This document shows positions 9,614-19,877 of a stretch of DNA of 64,000 nt, one piece after another. The DNA lies in assembly GCA_963666835.2 (NCBI GenBank), contig CAXXGO010000006.1, forward strand, positions 672,001 through 736,000. Direction: 5' to 3'. Source of the DNA: Phycisphaerae bacterium (GTDB lineage Bacteria; Planctomycetota; Phycisphaerae; UBA1845). Numbering within the stretch: the first letter of the stretch is position 1; every line of letters starts with the position of its first letter. A program made the position numbers and the translations under genes. The notes beneath the pieces were generated by a model. The model was not told the DNA's origin. It did not search any database and worked only from the letters and a program-made list of their open reading frames with translations.

Positions 9614-10268
9614 CTTCCACCGGTTACTTGTGCCATAAGGGCGGCCTTCCTCGCGGAGAGACTCGCCGAGTTTCGAAACACCCTCGGCTTACCGCCTCCC
9701 TGGGAACCCCGGCATAATGCGATCGTGAAGGGAACCCAAGCCGCTAGCCACGCGCAGCAGCGCGGACCGGCCACCACTCCTGGTACGGGCGAGCATATTC
9801 TGTGCCAGTGCGGTCCCTATAAGTTACGGACGAGGACGGGATCGGCGCGGGATCGCTCCGGCCTCGCTCGCCAGACAAGTTCATGCGTACGCACAGGCTC
9901 CGTCGCCCGCATTGCTCAGGTGTAATCCTGTAACACGGCAACAATTCCATATAACTAGGCTGGGCGCCCGGTTTCGAGCAGGGAGAGTCTCTATCCCGGA
10001 TTGTTCGTCCAGGTGAGGTACGGGCCGTAGACCGATGTAACGCCGGGGCTTGTCCCCCTGGGCGTGGAAGCGCGCTGTGTTACCGTGGCGCCACCCACAA
10101 TGGGCGGCGCTACAAAGTGACGTCACCCACAAGGGGTGGTGCTAAGGCGAGTTGCTCGCGTTTATACAGAACCCATGGATAAGCCGGGCTAGCTGCGGCT
10201 GGTCAGATTGTGTATCGAGTTGAGAGACCCGAAGCCCGGGTCGTCGGTGCGGGCGGTCGCGGCGACGC

Positions 10269-10622
10269 TCAGGCCGGCACGGTCGCAGTCTCCGCCTGCG
10301 CGAGCAGGCCTCCGATCACGGGGTCGTCCTCATCGTCCTCGGGCCAGACACCCGAATCGGATATCGAGACCACGCGGAGAATGACGGCCAGTTTGGTCTC
10401 GATGCTGTGCTCCCACCATTCCTGCAGCAGATACTCCAGGAAACTGATGTGATGAAGCGGGATCCGCTCTTCCAAACGAGCCACCTCGAGGGTGTCACGA
10501 ACGAACAGTATCTGCGCGCGGCTAAGCTGCCGCAGGCAGTCCTCCAGACGGCGCAGTTCATCCTTGGCCAGATTGCGGATTGCCTCAGTGGCCCCCTCGA
10601 ACGATCGCTCCAGCGCTTGCAT
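10269..10622 (-). CDS. Hypothetical protein
   Basis: 117 aa; strong AGGAG RBS; acidic C-terminal tail. Confidence 0.55.
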   Translation of the reverse strand: MQALERSFEGATEAIRNLAKDELRRLEDCLRQLSRAQILFVRDTLEVARLEERIPLHHISFLEYLLQEWWEHSIETKLAVILRVVSISDSGVWPEDDEDDPVIGGLLAQAETATVPA

Positions 10623-11052
10623 TTGTTTCTCCTACGGTTGGCGGTGCAGCCCGACGCCACCGCCTCCGACACTTCCTGTGTCATCGGCTGAGCAAGTGAA
10701 GTGCTTGATACGGTGGTTTCCGTAGCAGTCCCAAGCAGCACCGCCGTCGACGCGATTCTCGCTTGTCAACGGCATCATCTCCGTTATGGATCAACCGCAC
10801 GGTCCGCACAGCACCGAGACGCCCCTTAATATCGGAGCAAATGCGGGTTTGCGCAATCAGGTGTCTTCCCCAAACCGACCCGCGAATCCGCCACGCCAAC
10901 ATCAAGCGCGCTGCTGCAGACCAGGGATTCCATTCCGAATTGCATCTCGAACCCCGCAAAACGCTCCGGTTTCCGTTACGAACGCGACATTGGCGCCGGG
11001 TAGGGTAAACGCGGACGTCTATTATTCGATGCCCAGGCTGGTCGCATCGTAC

Positions 11053-12288
11053 CTACGCCGACCTCTCCGAAGACCGCTCCGGCGATGGCAGTGTCACCGC
11101 ATCGTCAATCGGCAGGCGAATCGTAAACGTGGTCCCGGAACCTTGCCCGGACTGTACCTCAATCGATCCGCCGTGTTCGTGAACGACATCTTGGACAATC
11201 GACAGGCCCAAGCCGGTCCCCTGTCCCCGGGGCTTGGTAGTGAAGAACTTGTCGAATATCCGCGCTTGGGCCTCCGGAGAGATGCCTTCCCCCGTATCTT
11301 CGACGATCAGACACGCCGTCGGCCGACTCGTTCCGGTTATGTCCCCGCTTGCCGAGGTTGACCGCGCGACAGCAATCCGAAGTGCGCCGCCATCGGGCAT
11401 AGCATCGCGGGCATTTACGGCCAGATTCAGTAGGATCTGCTGGAGTTGGGCATGGTCGGTCCTAACCACCGGCCGGGGATCGCACGCGGTGTCGATGGTC
11501 AGCCCAATCGAGGTCGGCAGGACATACCTGATCAGCGGCACAGTTTCCTCGACGGAAGCGCAGAGATCAAGGCGCTGCCGCTCGCTCGGCACTCTCCGAC
11601 TGAAGGCCAGAAGCGACCGGGTCATCTCGATCGCCCGCCGGGCGGAGGTTCCCAACATGTCCGCGGCCAGCCGTGCGTCCTCGTCGTGCGTAACCCTCCG
11701 CTCAATGGCTCCGATTGCTCCGGACATTGCCGTGAAGATGTTGTTGAGATCGTGAGCTATCCCGGCGGCGAGGTGCCCGACGGCCTCCTGCTTTTGCAGC
11801 TCTTCGAGCCGATCGGTCAGCCTGGTGTTCTCCTTTTCCGCTTTCTTGCGGGCGCTGATATCCACGGCCATCTGGTAATGCACGACGCGCTCATCGGGCC
11901 AGCGAATCGCTTTGTCAACGCAGTGATACCATCGCCCGTTAACGGGGTTACGGTATTCCCAAACAAACGCATGACCGCCAGGCTTGCCGGAAGCCCGTGC
12001 GGCTACGCAGGGGCTGCACGGCGTGGCCAGCCCCCGCAAGACCTCATGGCATTTCCGGCCGACGTCTCCTCTGAAATGCTCCCTAAAGGACTCGTTGACG
12101 TACAACAGCTCGTGGCTGTTCGGGTCGTACACGAAAACCGGTTCGTCGATACTGGCGAAAACGGCGAGCAGTTGGTGCCGGTCGCCTTCGAGAACGTGTG
12201 CGTTCTGCATGCGCTCTGCAGCGCCCTCGCAGGACTCGCCTTGCGGTGACTTCTCGGTGTCAGTCGGATCGTTGCTCGATTCTAACAT
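11053..12288 (-). CDS. PAS-domain sensor histidine kinase
   Basis: AGIAHDLNN H-box, QILLNLAVNARDAM N-box, DTGEGI, FFTTK, GTGLGL. Start uncertain. Confidence 0.9.
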   Translation of the reverse strand: MLESSNDPTDTEKSPQGESCEGAAERMQNAHVLEGDRHQLLAVFASIDEPVFVYDPNSHELLYVNESFREHFRGDVGRKCHEVLRGLATPCSPCVAARASGKPGGHAFVWEYRNPVNGRWYHCVDKAIRWPDERVVHYQMAVDISARKKAEKENTRLTDRLEELQKQEAVGHLAAGIAHDLNNIFTAMSGAIGAIERRVTHDEDARLAADMLGTSARRAIEMTRSLLAFSRRVPSERQRLDLCASVEETVPLIRYVLPTSIGLTIDTACDPRPVVRTDHAQLQQILLNLAVNARDAMPDGGALRIAVARSTSASGDITGTSRPTACLIVEDTGEGISPEAQARIFDKFFTTKPRGQGTGLGLSIVQDVVHEHGGSIEVQSGQGSGTTFTIRLPIDDAVTLPSPERSSERSA

Positions 12289-12475
12289 GGCATGCCTGCA
12301 CGGTTTCTTGGCCTCACCATCCAGCTTATTGATACGGGCGTGCGCGTGCATCGTCAACCGGAACAACGCAACTGTGACGTTCGCACAGCGCTCGGCTGCG
12401 GGCCACTCCGTGTTACTATCGAAGCTTCCATCGAAGCCACCTTCACGTAGCGCAGGCAAAACAGGGCAAAACGAC

Positions 12476-12553
12476 TAAAACCCGGGACAGTAAAACCCGG
12501 GACAGTCACCTATTTATGGGCAAAACAGGGGACAGTCACCTATTTATGGGCAA
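12476..12553. repeat. Short tandem duplications (taaaacccgggacagt x2; gggacagtcacctatttatgggcaa x2)
   Basis: Seen directly in the sequence. Confidence 0.85.
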
Positions 12554-12745
12554 GGCGTAGTGGCCGTGCCCAGGACCTCGGTTCAGGAGGCGCTATGATA
12601 GCATGCCCATGCCGCGCGAGACCGAGAGCAGCACCGTGTAAAACGGGAACTCTGTCAGGCCGTAATGGTAGAGCATCGCTTCGCATGGTGCCAAATTGAT
12701 GGCATGAACTAACTTGTTGACCCGTGGAGCGTAACGCCCCGGTGC

Positions 12746-12906
12746 GGGTGACCCGTCCTTCGCCCTGGGGAATATCGCATTAAACAGAAAGCCCGGTATT
12801 CAGATGCGGTTACGGTATGCGCGCTACGTTCCAGGCGAAGGGTGGGGAGTCGATCGCAAAACGCGAGTGCCTGTCGGGTCTCCGTCCGTCCCCCACACCG
12901 GCGGCG
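12746..12906 (-). repeat. Empty copy of the intron-target element
   Basis: Reverse complement ...ccggtgtggggg^acggacgg...ccccacccttcgcc...cccagggcgaaggacgggtcaccc aligns with the right flanks of intron copies 1 and 4. Confidence 0.8.
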
Positions 12907-12959
12907 ATCCGTCCCGAAGAGACGTTGGCATGTAGCCACAGGGGGCCGGCATTGCACCT

Positions 12960-13526
12960 TCAGACCTCTTCTATCTCCTTGCTCTTGGCGGTTACCAGCT
13001 TGTCCACTTCGTCTTCGTGCTTCTTCGTGAGTTTCTGAACGCGGTCTTTCACGTCGGACGCTTCGTCTTCACTCACCGTCTTGGCCTTTTGGGCGCTGTC
13101 CGCCGCCTTGTTGGCGTCGCGCCGGGCGTTGCGGATCGCCACCTTCTGGGCCTCCGCCATTTTCCTGACTTGCTGAACGAGCTGCTGGCGGCGTTCGCCG
13201 GATAGCGGCGGAATCGGTAGCCGGATGGCCTTGCCATCGTTCATCGGGTTCACCCCGAGATCCGAAGTCGCAAGACCCTTCTCGATGTCCTTGAGCGTGC
13301 CCGGGTCGAAGGGCTTTACCAGAAGCTGGCTGGGCTCCGGTACGCTGATGGTCGCCAGCTCCCGAAGCTCGTTCGTCGAACCATACGAGCTGACTTCGAT
13401 TTTGAGATGCTCGATCAACCCGGGATGTGCCCGGCCGGTGCGAATACCGCGCAGCTCCTGCTTGAGAAACTCCACCGCCTTCTCCATGCCCGCCTGACAC
13501 TGCTTCTCGATAGCACCCGTCGCCAT
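12960..13526 (-). CDS. frr: Ribosome recycling factor
   Basis: IRTGRA, IRLPIPPL..ERR, AIRNARRD, VQKLT motifs; downstream of pyrH. Confidence 0.97.
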   Translation of the reverse strand: MATGAIEKQCQAGMEKAVEFLKQELRGIRTGRAHPGLIEHLKIEVSSYGSTNELRELATISVPEPSQLLVKPFDPGTLKDIEKGLATSDLGVNPMNDGKAIRLPIPPLSGERRQQLVQQVRKMAEAQKVAIRNARRDANKAADSAQKAKTVSEDEASDVKDRVQKLTKKHEDEVDKLVTAKSKEIEEV

Positions 13527-13687
13527 CTCGTTACTCTCCTTTGCGATGCACTCAAGCCCGTCGCGCCGCTTCCAAAACGCGACGTCCGTCGAAAACGGGG
13601 ACTGCCGCCGAGCCGATTCGCGCTGGCGGTGCCCAAAGGACCCCGCAAGGCCTCGCGCCCTGCTCTTTCAAGCCCCGGGGGCGGCCG

Positions 13688-14410
13688 TCAGCCTGCGTCG
13701 ATGATCGTACCAACGCCGTGCCCCTGCACAACCGCCCGCATATTACCCGGCTGGTTCAGATCCAGCACAATGATCGGCACCCCGCTTCGCTGGCAAAGGT
13801 CGACCGCACTGACGTCCATCACCTGCAACCGCTGGTCGATCACCTGGTTGTATGTGAGCCGCTCGATCCGGGTCGCCGTCGGGTCGGTTACCGGGTCGGC
13901 CGTGTACACCCCGTCGACCTTCGTAGCCTTGAGCAGCACGTTCGCTCCGACCTCTGCAGAACGTAACGCCGCTCCGGTATCGGTTGTTACGAAGGGGTTA
14001 CCCGTGCCGGCCGCGAAGATGACGACGCGACCTTTTTCCAGGTGGCGAATAGCCCGGCGGCGGATGAACTTCTCGCAGACGCGGTCCACGGCCACGGCGC
14101 TTTGAACGCGGGTGGCGACGCCGATCGACTCGAGCGTATCCTGAACGGCCAGCGCGTTGATAACCGTAGCGAGCATGCCCATGTAGTGCCCGGTGGATTC
14201 TTCGATGGGCGAGTCCTTGGCGATAGCCGCTCCACGGACCAGGTTGCCCCCGCCGACCACCACGCAAAGCTGCACGCCCAGCTCGACCACCAGCTTGACC
14301 TCTTCCGCGAGCCGTTGGAGCCGGGCTCCGTCGATCCCGGTCCCGCCGCGTACGCACAAGGCCTCGCCGCTGATTTTCAACAACACTCTCTTGTATTTCA
14401 AATCCGCCAT
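13688..14410 (-). CDS. pyrH: Uridylate kinase
   Basis: RVLLKISGEAL, VGGGN, GTGNPFVTTD, KATKVDGVY. Confidence 0.97.
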   Translation of the reverse strand: MADLKYKRVLLKISGEALCVRGGTGIDGARLQRLAEEVKLVVELGVQLCVVVGGGNLVRGAAIAKDSPIEESTGHYMGMLATVINALAVQDTLESIGVATRVQSAVAVDRVCEKFIRRRAIRHLEKGRVVIFAAGTGNPFVTTDTGAALRSAEVGANVLLKATKVDGVYTADPVTDPTATRIERLTYNQVIDQRLQVMDVSAVDLCQRSGVPIIVLDLNQPGNMRAVVQGHGVGTIIDAG

Positions 14411-14647
14411 AGCGCGTCACGATACCGCGGGTGTCGGTTCGGAAAAAGACCTGAGAGCTGAAAACTGTGGCTCGACTCCGACCATCGCGCACGTGTAGGG
14501 CACGGTCGAGGAACGAGACCTGCCGCGAAGGCGCATGTCGCTCAACGAAGGTCGTACTCAGCCGGCAACGATGCGCGGGTGCCCCTCCATTCCGGCGTCT
14601 GTCGGGTTGGACCAGCCGCGCCCATTCGCCGCCGGAATGGGTGGGGG

Positions 14648-16574
14648 GAAAGCGCCGGTAAGCCGGTGAGGAGTAGTGGATGAGAGAGCCATACGGTGAA
14701 GGAATAGCGAACCACACCGACCCCGAGTCATACTGTGGTGTCCGCAAGGGCATGGCGGGAGCGTTGACAGGGGCACGTGCGGGCCGGCCATTGAGCCGTG
14801 AAAGCCTTTTACTCCGGAGTGCCGACGCCGTCCCCCAAGGCGGAAGGCAACACCGGAGGGCGTCGTTAACGCGAGACGCCTTTCGGACTCCGCGCGGTCT
14901 TAGAACCCGAGCACGCACGGAAACTCCTCACGCGGAACCCGGGAGATCCCGCGTTCGGCCTCGAACATGGCATCGAGGTCCGCAGTGTGAATCCATAGGA
15001 GCACGACACTGATGCACGGGCGCGGGAAGTCGGACAGGCCCATAGTACCGAAGAAGACTGCGAACAACGGTGATCCCCCGGCGGGGAGGTCGTCCGCGGA
15101 GCAGTTGGAGGAAAGGGGCCTGGCCAAGGGCAACTCGATTCGACACGACAGGCACCGTACGCAGAGCCGGGATCGTCTGCAAAGCGGGTTGGATCGGGTA
15201 CGACAGGCAGCGGTAAAGGATAAGGATTTACAGTTCACCACGCTTTGGCACCATGTCTATGATGTCGCTCGCCTCCGGGAGGCGTACTTGAGCCTCAAGC
15301 ATGCTTCGGCACCGGGGATGGACGGCATGACATGGGAGGCGTACGGCAGGGACCTAGAAGAACACCTCTTGGATCTGTCGGCACGTCTACAGCGCGGAGC
15401 GTACCGAGCGAGGCCGGTCAAGCGGGTCTACATTCCGAAACCCGATGGACGGCAGAGACCAATAGGGATTCCCGTGTTGGAAGACAAGATCGTCCAACGG
15501 GCGATGACCGATGTGCTCTCGGCTGTCTACGAGGCAGACTTCCTCGGGTTCTCCTACGGATTTCGACCAGGACGGGACGCCCATCAGGCGTTAAGTGCCC
15601 TGACTGTCGGCATCGAGAGGAAGAAGGTGAATTGGGTGCTGGATGCAGACATTCGTGGATTCTTCGATGCCATAGACCACGATTGGCTGATCAAGTTCGT
15701 CGAGCACCGGATCGCAGACCAGCGTGTCGTGCGTCACGTGAAGAAGTGGCTGAACGCCGGCGTGCTGGAGGACGGGTGTCGAAGGGACACGGAGACGGGG
15801 ACGCCGCAGGGGGGCAGTATCAGCCCGCTATTGGCGAACATCTATCTCCATTACGCCTTCGACTTGTGGGCCCGCCAATGGCGACGGACGCAAGCTCACG
15901 GAGATGTGATTATCGTGAGATATGCGGACGACTTCGTGGTGGGATTTCAACAGCGAGAGGATGCCGAGCGGTTTCGGGATGAGCTGACGGATCGCCTCCG
16001 GAAGTTCAAGCTGGAGCTACATGCGGACAAGACTCGTCTGATTGAGTTCGGCCGTTTTGCGTCGACCAATCGCAAGCGAGAAGGCCGCGGCAAACCGGCG
16101 ACCTTCGAGTTTCTGGGTTTTCGCCACATCTGTGGCAAGACCCGGCGTGGGAGGTTCACGGTACTACGGCAGACTGTCGCGAAACGACGGCGTGCGAAGC
16201 TCAAAGCGATTAAGCAAGAGCTTCGGCGACGTATGCATGCCCCCGTCCGAGAGGTGGGCGCGTATTTGCGGGCGGTGGTTCGCGGGTACTATCAGTATTA
16301 TGCGGTACCGCGGAACTACCCGGCCTTAACGGCATTTCGGGATGAGGTTGTCCGTCTTTGGCGCTGGACGCTCCGGCGTCGCAGCGAGAAGACTCGGATT
16401 ACCTGGGCCCGCATGAACCGTTTGGCCAAGCAGTGGATACCTGCTCCCAAAATCCTACATCCTTACCCCGACCGACACCTGGCCGTTATGACCCAAGGCA
16501 GGAGCCCAGTGCGGTAGTCCCGCACGCTGGGATCTGTGGAGGGGGTCCCGGGTAACCGGGATTCCTACTCCGAC
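14648..16574 (+). mobile_element. Group II intron, copy 2
   Basis: Matches copy 1 at offset 13110; the only difference noticed is a silent C>T (15254 vs 2144). Same TGGGGG^A insertion site. Confidence 0.93.
15012..16517 (+). CDS. ltrA: Group II intron reverse transcriptase/maturase
   Basis: Identical 501-aa protein with YADD. Confidence 0.97.
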   Translation: MHGRGKSDRPIVPKKTANNGDPPAGRSSAEQLEERGLAKGNSIRHDRHRTQSRDRLQSGLDRVRQAAVKDKDLQFTTLWHHVYDVARLREAYLSLKHASAPGMDGMTWEAYGRDLEEHLLDLSARLQRGAYRARPVKRVYIPKPDGRQRPIGIPVLEDKIVQRAMTDVLSAVYEADFLGFSYGFRPGRDAHQALSALTVGIERKKVNWVLDADIRGFFDAIDHDWLIKFVEHRIADQRVVRHVKKWLNAGVLEDGCRRDTETGTPQGGSISPLLANIYLHYAFDLWARQWRRTQAHGDVIIVRYADDFVVGFQQREDAERFRDELTDRLRKFKLELHADKTRLIEFGRFASTNRKREGRGKPATFEFLGFRHICGKTRRGRFTVLRQTVAKRRRAKLKAIKQELRRRMHAPVREVGAYLRAVVRGYYQYYAVPRNYPALTAFRDEVVRLWRWTLRRRSEKTRITWARMNRLAKQWIPAPKILHPYPDRHLAVMTQGRSPVR

Positions 16575-16719
16575 ATGGACGGGAATCCGACAGGTACCAA
16601 ACCGGGGATAGCGTGTAGGGCACGGTCGAGGAACGAGACCTGCCGCGAAGGCGCATGTCGCTCAACGAAGGTCGGGCTACGCCGGCAACGATGCGGTGAC
16701 ATAGAATGGGCGGCATCTC

Positions 16720-16748
16720 TTGACATACCCGGCTGGGGAGGGTTCAAT
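16720..16748 (+). promoter_or_regulatory. Putative sigma70 promoter of tRNA-Gln
   Basis: TTGACA-17 nt-TTCAAT just upstream of the tRNA. Confidence 0.6.
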
Positions 16749-16760
16749 GAAGGGCCTGAT

Positions 16761-16833
16761 TGGGCTGTAGTTCAATTGGTAGAACGCCTGACTCTGGATC
16801 AGGAGGTTCCAGGTTCGAGTCCTGGCAGCTCAG
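16761..16833 (+). tRNA. tRNA-Gln (anticodon CTG)
   Basis: Acceptor TGGGCTG/CAGCTCA; D arm AGTTCAATTGGTAGAAC; anticodon arm CCTGA-CTCTGGA-TCAGG; T loop GTTCGAGTCC; CCA not encoded. Confidence 0.95.
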
Positions 16834-16835
16834 TT

Positions 16836-16875
16836 GAAGCCTCGGGACGGCCCCGGCCGACCCGGGGCTTCTTTC
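16836..16875 (+). terminator. Probable intrinsic terminator after tRNA-Gln
   Basis: gaagcctcggg...cccggggcttc hairpin followed by a T-rich tail. Confidence 0.55.
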
Positions 16876-16977
16876 ATGTGCAAACCCCGCAATTAGCGGT
16901 ACGTCGCATCCAGGTTCTCGGATGTGCCACCGTTCAAGAGCAGTGGCACATCCGAAAATCGTCGGTGCGACGCAACA

Positions 16978-17169
16978 CTACTCATCATCCTGGTCCGGCA
17001 GTACACTGCTCAGAGCGTCAATCACGGCCTGCTCCACTACCGACGTGGCTCCGCTGATCGCAGCGTCCCGAAACTCCCGAGCCAACGTGCCTGAACACGA
17101 AAACGCACAAAAACCGGGCATGGCCGCCGCCAACATCAGTGCCCCCAACCTCTTTCGGGCCGTCTTCAT
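16978..17169 (-). CDS. Small exported or lipoprotein-like protein (63 aa)
   Basis: AGGAG RBS; MKTARKR followed by a hydrophobic stretch and FSC. Confidence 0.55.
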   Translation of the reverse strand: MKTARKRLGALMLAAAMPGFCAFSCSGTLAREFRDAAISGATSVVEQAVIDALSSVLPDQDDE

Positions 17170-18036
17170 CTTAAGTAGTCTCCTTACAGTAAGCCGATTC
17201 GAGCCCACTCTTCGCCGAGTGACCCCGGTTCTAGCACCCGGGCTCGTACGTTTTGCCTTCCCGGACCCCGCAGCCGACGCATTCAGGGCGTCAGGCCCAC
17301 TGCGAGTCGGCCGACTATACTCGGCGCGGCCACAACCTCAAGACTTTGCGGTCTCCAGCATCGGGATCCCGGCGGTCTTCTCCGGTTATCGGTCTATATC
17401 GAACGCGATCCCCATCGCCGCCGCTTTCCGCCAACTCGTCAGTGTCTCTACAAGATGTGGGGGTGTCCATTAGACAATGCCCAATGGGTCGGGCTCCTCG
17501 GCCGCGCAGAGGGTCATTGACCGACCTCTCGATGCGGCCGGTGATCCCCAATTGCGTGGAACGGCCGATCGTGATTGTGGCACACTCGGCGATACTGCTC
17601 AGTGCCGAACAGCCGCGCCCCGCCATCCGATCATCGCGCGGCGTCAGGGCGTTCGTATATGCCCCTTTCGATACGCGAGTACTCTCACACTGCTCATGTA
17701 TTTGTTTAGCTTAAATCGGTTCCTATATCTATCTGGTGGTGCCGAGCATTGATATCGCCGCTGACGTCACAATGGGCGAAAAAAAAGCGAAAGATAACGC
17801 AAGTCACTTGACTCAGTTGCCACGTCCCCGTTAAATTAACAGCACGCTTCGCGTGGGCCAAATGATGCCTGCGGGGGCGTGCTGTATGGGGTTGCGAGCC
17901 GTACGCCAAGGGGTATGTCACACGGTTACGTGGACAGCATGTGTACGGTTCGTGTTGAAGGGAAAGAGTCGCTCAGGGTCGGCGGGGTCCGACTTCCCAG
18001 GCACACAGGCCAGAACTTTGTGAGGAGGTATTGGTA

Positions 18037-19116
18037 ATGATCAAACGCGGACTAGCGCTGACTTTAGTGCTCGGGCTGGCGTCGATCGCACAGGCGGACG
18101 TGGATATCAAGTTGGCCCCGGATTGCTGTTTGCCGGACGAGACACTGGATTTCACGGTGAGTCTCAGCCAGGATTCCGGAGCCGATGTTTATCTTCGGAT
18201 GGTGGGTCTATTCACGTACGAGACCGCCGCGGAATTTACGGTCGGCCCCTTTGCGTGGGATGCGGCCTTCGGCACGAACCACTACCAGGACGTTGCTCAG
18301 CCGGGTCTGGCGGCGGCGTACTTGGGTCTGACCACTAATTCGGCCGAACAGGTGCTCCTCCCGGCTGACGGCAGCTACGTCGAGGTCGGCACGCTTCAGA
18401 TTACCTGCCCGCACGTCGAGTCGACTCGGCAGTTGAACGTTCTGCGGGCCAACGGCGCCGCCGACGACAGCAAGTCGGTCGTTTCCTACGGATTCGGCGT
18501 TGCTGCCGGCGATGACGTCACGTACGTACGCCCCGGCGCAGGCCTGACCGGCGGGGTCTTGATGGTGAACATCACCCCAGAATGTGGTGACGACAAGATC
18601 ATTTTCGAGTCCGCTTGGCCGGCCGATCAGACGAACCTGTGGCGGACGCAGAACAACTATGCCTTGCTGACGTTCGACAACGATATTCCGGCTGCTCCGG
18701 TTGCGGGCGAGATCGCGATTCGCGAGTTGCTCGCCGGTGGTGCCTACGGACCGGACCTGTCGGCCAACTTCACCTTCACGATCGATCCGAGCGATGCTAA
18801 GACCCTGATCGTCCAGGAAGTTGGTGCAAACCTGACGCACAATAAGTGGTTTGGGATTGAAAATGTCAGTTGGGATGATGCTGAGTGGTTTGAGGTTCAG
18901 TATCGTGTCCTGATGGGTGACGTGGACAACAACGGTCGCGTGCTGGCTCTGGACGCCGGTGCGATCTATCCGTCTGTTCCTTGTGTGAACATCACGATGC
19001 CGTGCTGGAATCCGCGGAAGGACATCGACGGGAACAACAAGATTCTGGCTCTGGACGCCGGTGCAGTTTATCCGCGTGTTCCGTCGATTGGTGTTGCCAA
19101 GCCGGCCGGCCACTGA
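18037..19116 (+). CDS. Secreted protein: cohesin-like/Ig-like beta domains + C-terminal dockerin-like repeat
   Basis: GAGGAGG RBS; signal peptide ending AQA; duplicated Ca-loop motifs GDVDNNGRVLALDAGAIY and KDIDGNNKILALDAGAVY. Confidence 0.75.
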   Translation: MIKRGLALTLVLGLASIAQADVDIKLAPDCCLPDETLDFTVSLSQDSGADVYLRMVGLFTYETAAEFTVGPFAWDAAFGTNHYQDVAQPGLAAAYLGLTTNSAEQVLLPADGSYVEVGTLQITCPHVESTRQLNVLRANGAADDSKSVVSYGFGVAAGDDVTYVRPGAGLTGGVLMVNITPECGDDKIIFESAWPADQTNLWRTQNNYALLTFDNDIPAAPVAGEIAIRELLAGGAYGPDLSANFTFTIDPSDAKTLIVQEVGANLTHNKWFGIENVSWDDAEWFEVQYRVLMGDVDNNGRVLALDAGAIYPSVPCVNITMPCWNPRKDIDGNNKILALDAGAVYPRVPSIGVAKPAGH

Positions 19117-19237
19117 TACAATTGGGCCGTTCGGTGAAAGTATTCGGGTTTTTGAAGACAAGTTTCTGAGGAAGATGGTCAATTAAGTGCGGCCTGGCCG
19201 GGTGGTGCCAGGGGGGCATGAAGAAGGAGATTGAGAG

Positions 19238-19771
19238 ATGAGGAAAGTTGCGGTTAGCATGATGTTGGTGGCCTTCGCCGCTACCAGTGCTTTGGGTTCG
19301 GTTGCTACGTTTACTGACGCCACGGGTCTTCCGGGTGAAACCGTCCAGTTGGCGATCTCGGTGGGTACGAACGCCGATACCGGTTTCGACAGTGCGGACG
19401 TCGTCATCGGTGGCGACTTGGCTTTCACGTTCGACTATGATCCGGCTTGGACTGCGGCGTTCGCGAGCACGTTCGCTCCGGCTGCCATCGGGATCTACAC
19501 GAACGATGTGTACGTCGGTGGCGGAAACCCGACGGCCGTTGCGAGCCCGATTGCTCTTGGCATGATCACCACGACGATCCCGGCCGGTGCGATGGACGGC
19601 GATACGTACGATTTCTACATCAATCCGGACATGGACGGCTTCAGTGCTCTGGGCGCTGGCGGTGTCCCGGAAGCTCTGGCTGGTATGGGCACGGTTACGG
19701 TAGTTCCCGAGCCGGCCACGATTGCTCTGCTGGGGCTGGGGGCGGTTGGCCTCCTGCGTCGCAGGAAGTAA
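19238..19771 (+). CDS. PEP-CTERM sorting-domain protein with cohesin-like domain
   Basis: AAGGAG RBS; signal peptide; GLPGETVQLAISV..IPAGAMDGDTY; C-terminus VPEPATIALLGLGAVGLLRRRK. Confidence 0.85.
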   Translation: MRKVAVSMMLVAFAATSALGSVATFTDATGLPGETVQLAISVGTNADTGFDSADVVIGGDLAFTFDYDPAWTAAFASTFAPAAIGIYTNDVYVGGGNPTAVASPIALGMITTTIPAGAMDGDTYDFYINPDMDGFSALGAGGVPEALAGMGTVTVVPEPATIALLGLGAVGLLRRRK

Positions 19772-19805
19772 TCTGACGCATAGCGTCTAAGAACGACGAT
19801 TTCAA

Positions 19806-19844
19806 ACGGGCCGTCCGCCTTGTGCGGGCGGCTTGTTTCTTTTT
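19806..19844 (+). terminator. Intrinsic terminator
   Basis: gggccgtccgc-cttgt-gcgggcggctt hairpin followed by gtttcttttt. Confidence 0.7.
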
Positions 19845-19877
19845 ACCCCGTCTCCAAGAGGACGGGCCACCCATCAT

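Noticed and set aside
16761..17700. tRNA-anchored genomic island
   Set aside because: No integrase and no duplicated tRNA 3' end were seen in the window.
18208..19182. 324-aa - strand ORF
   Set aside because: Antisense to the dockerin-containing gene, which has an RBS, a signal peptide and recognisable motifs.
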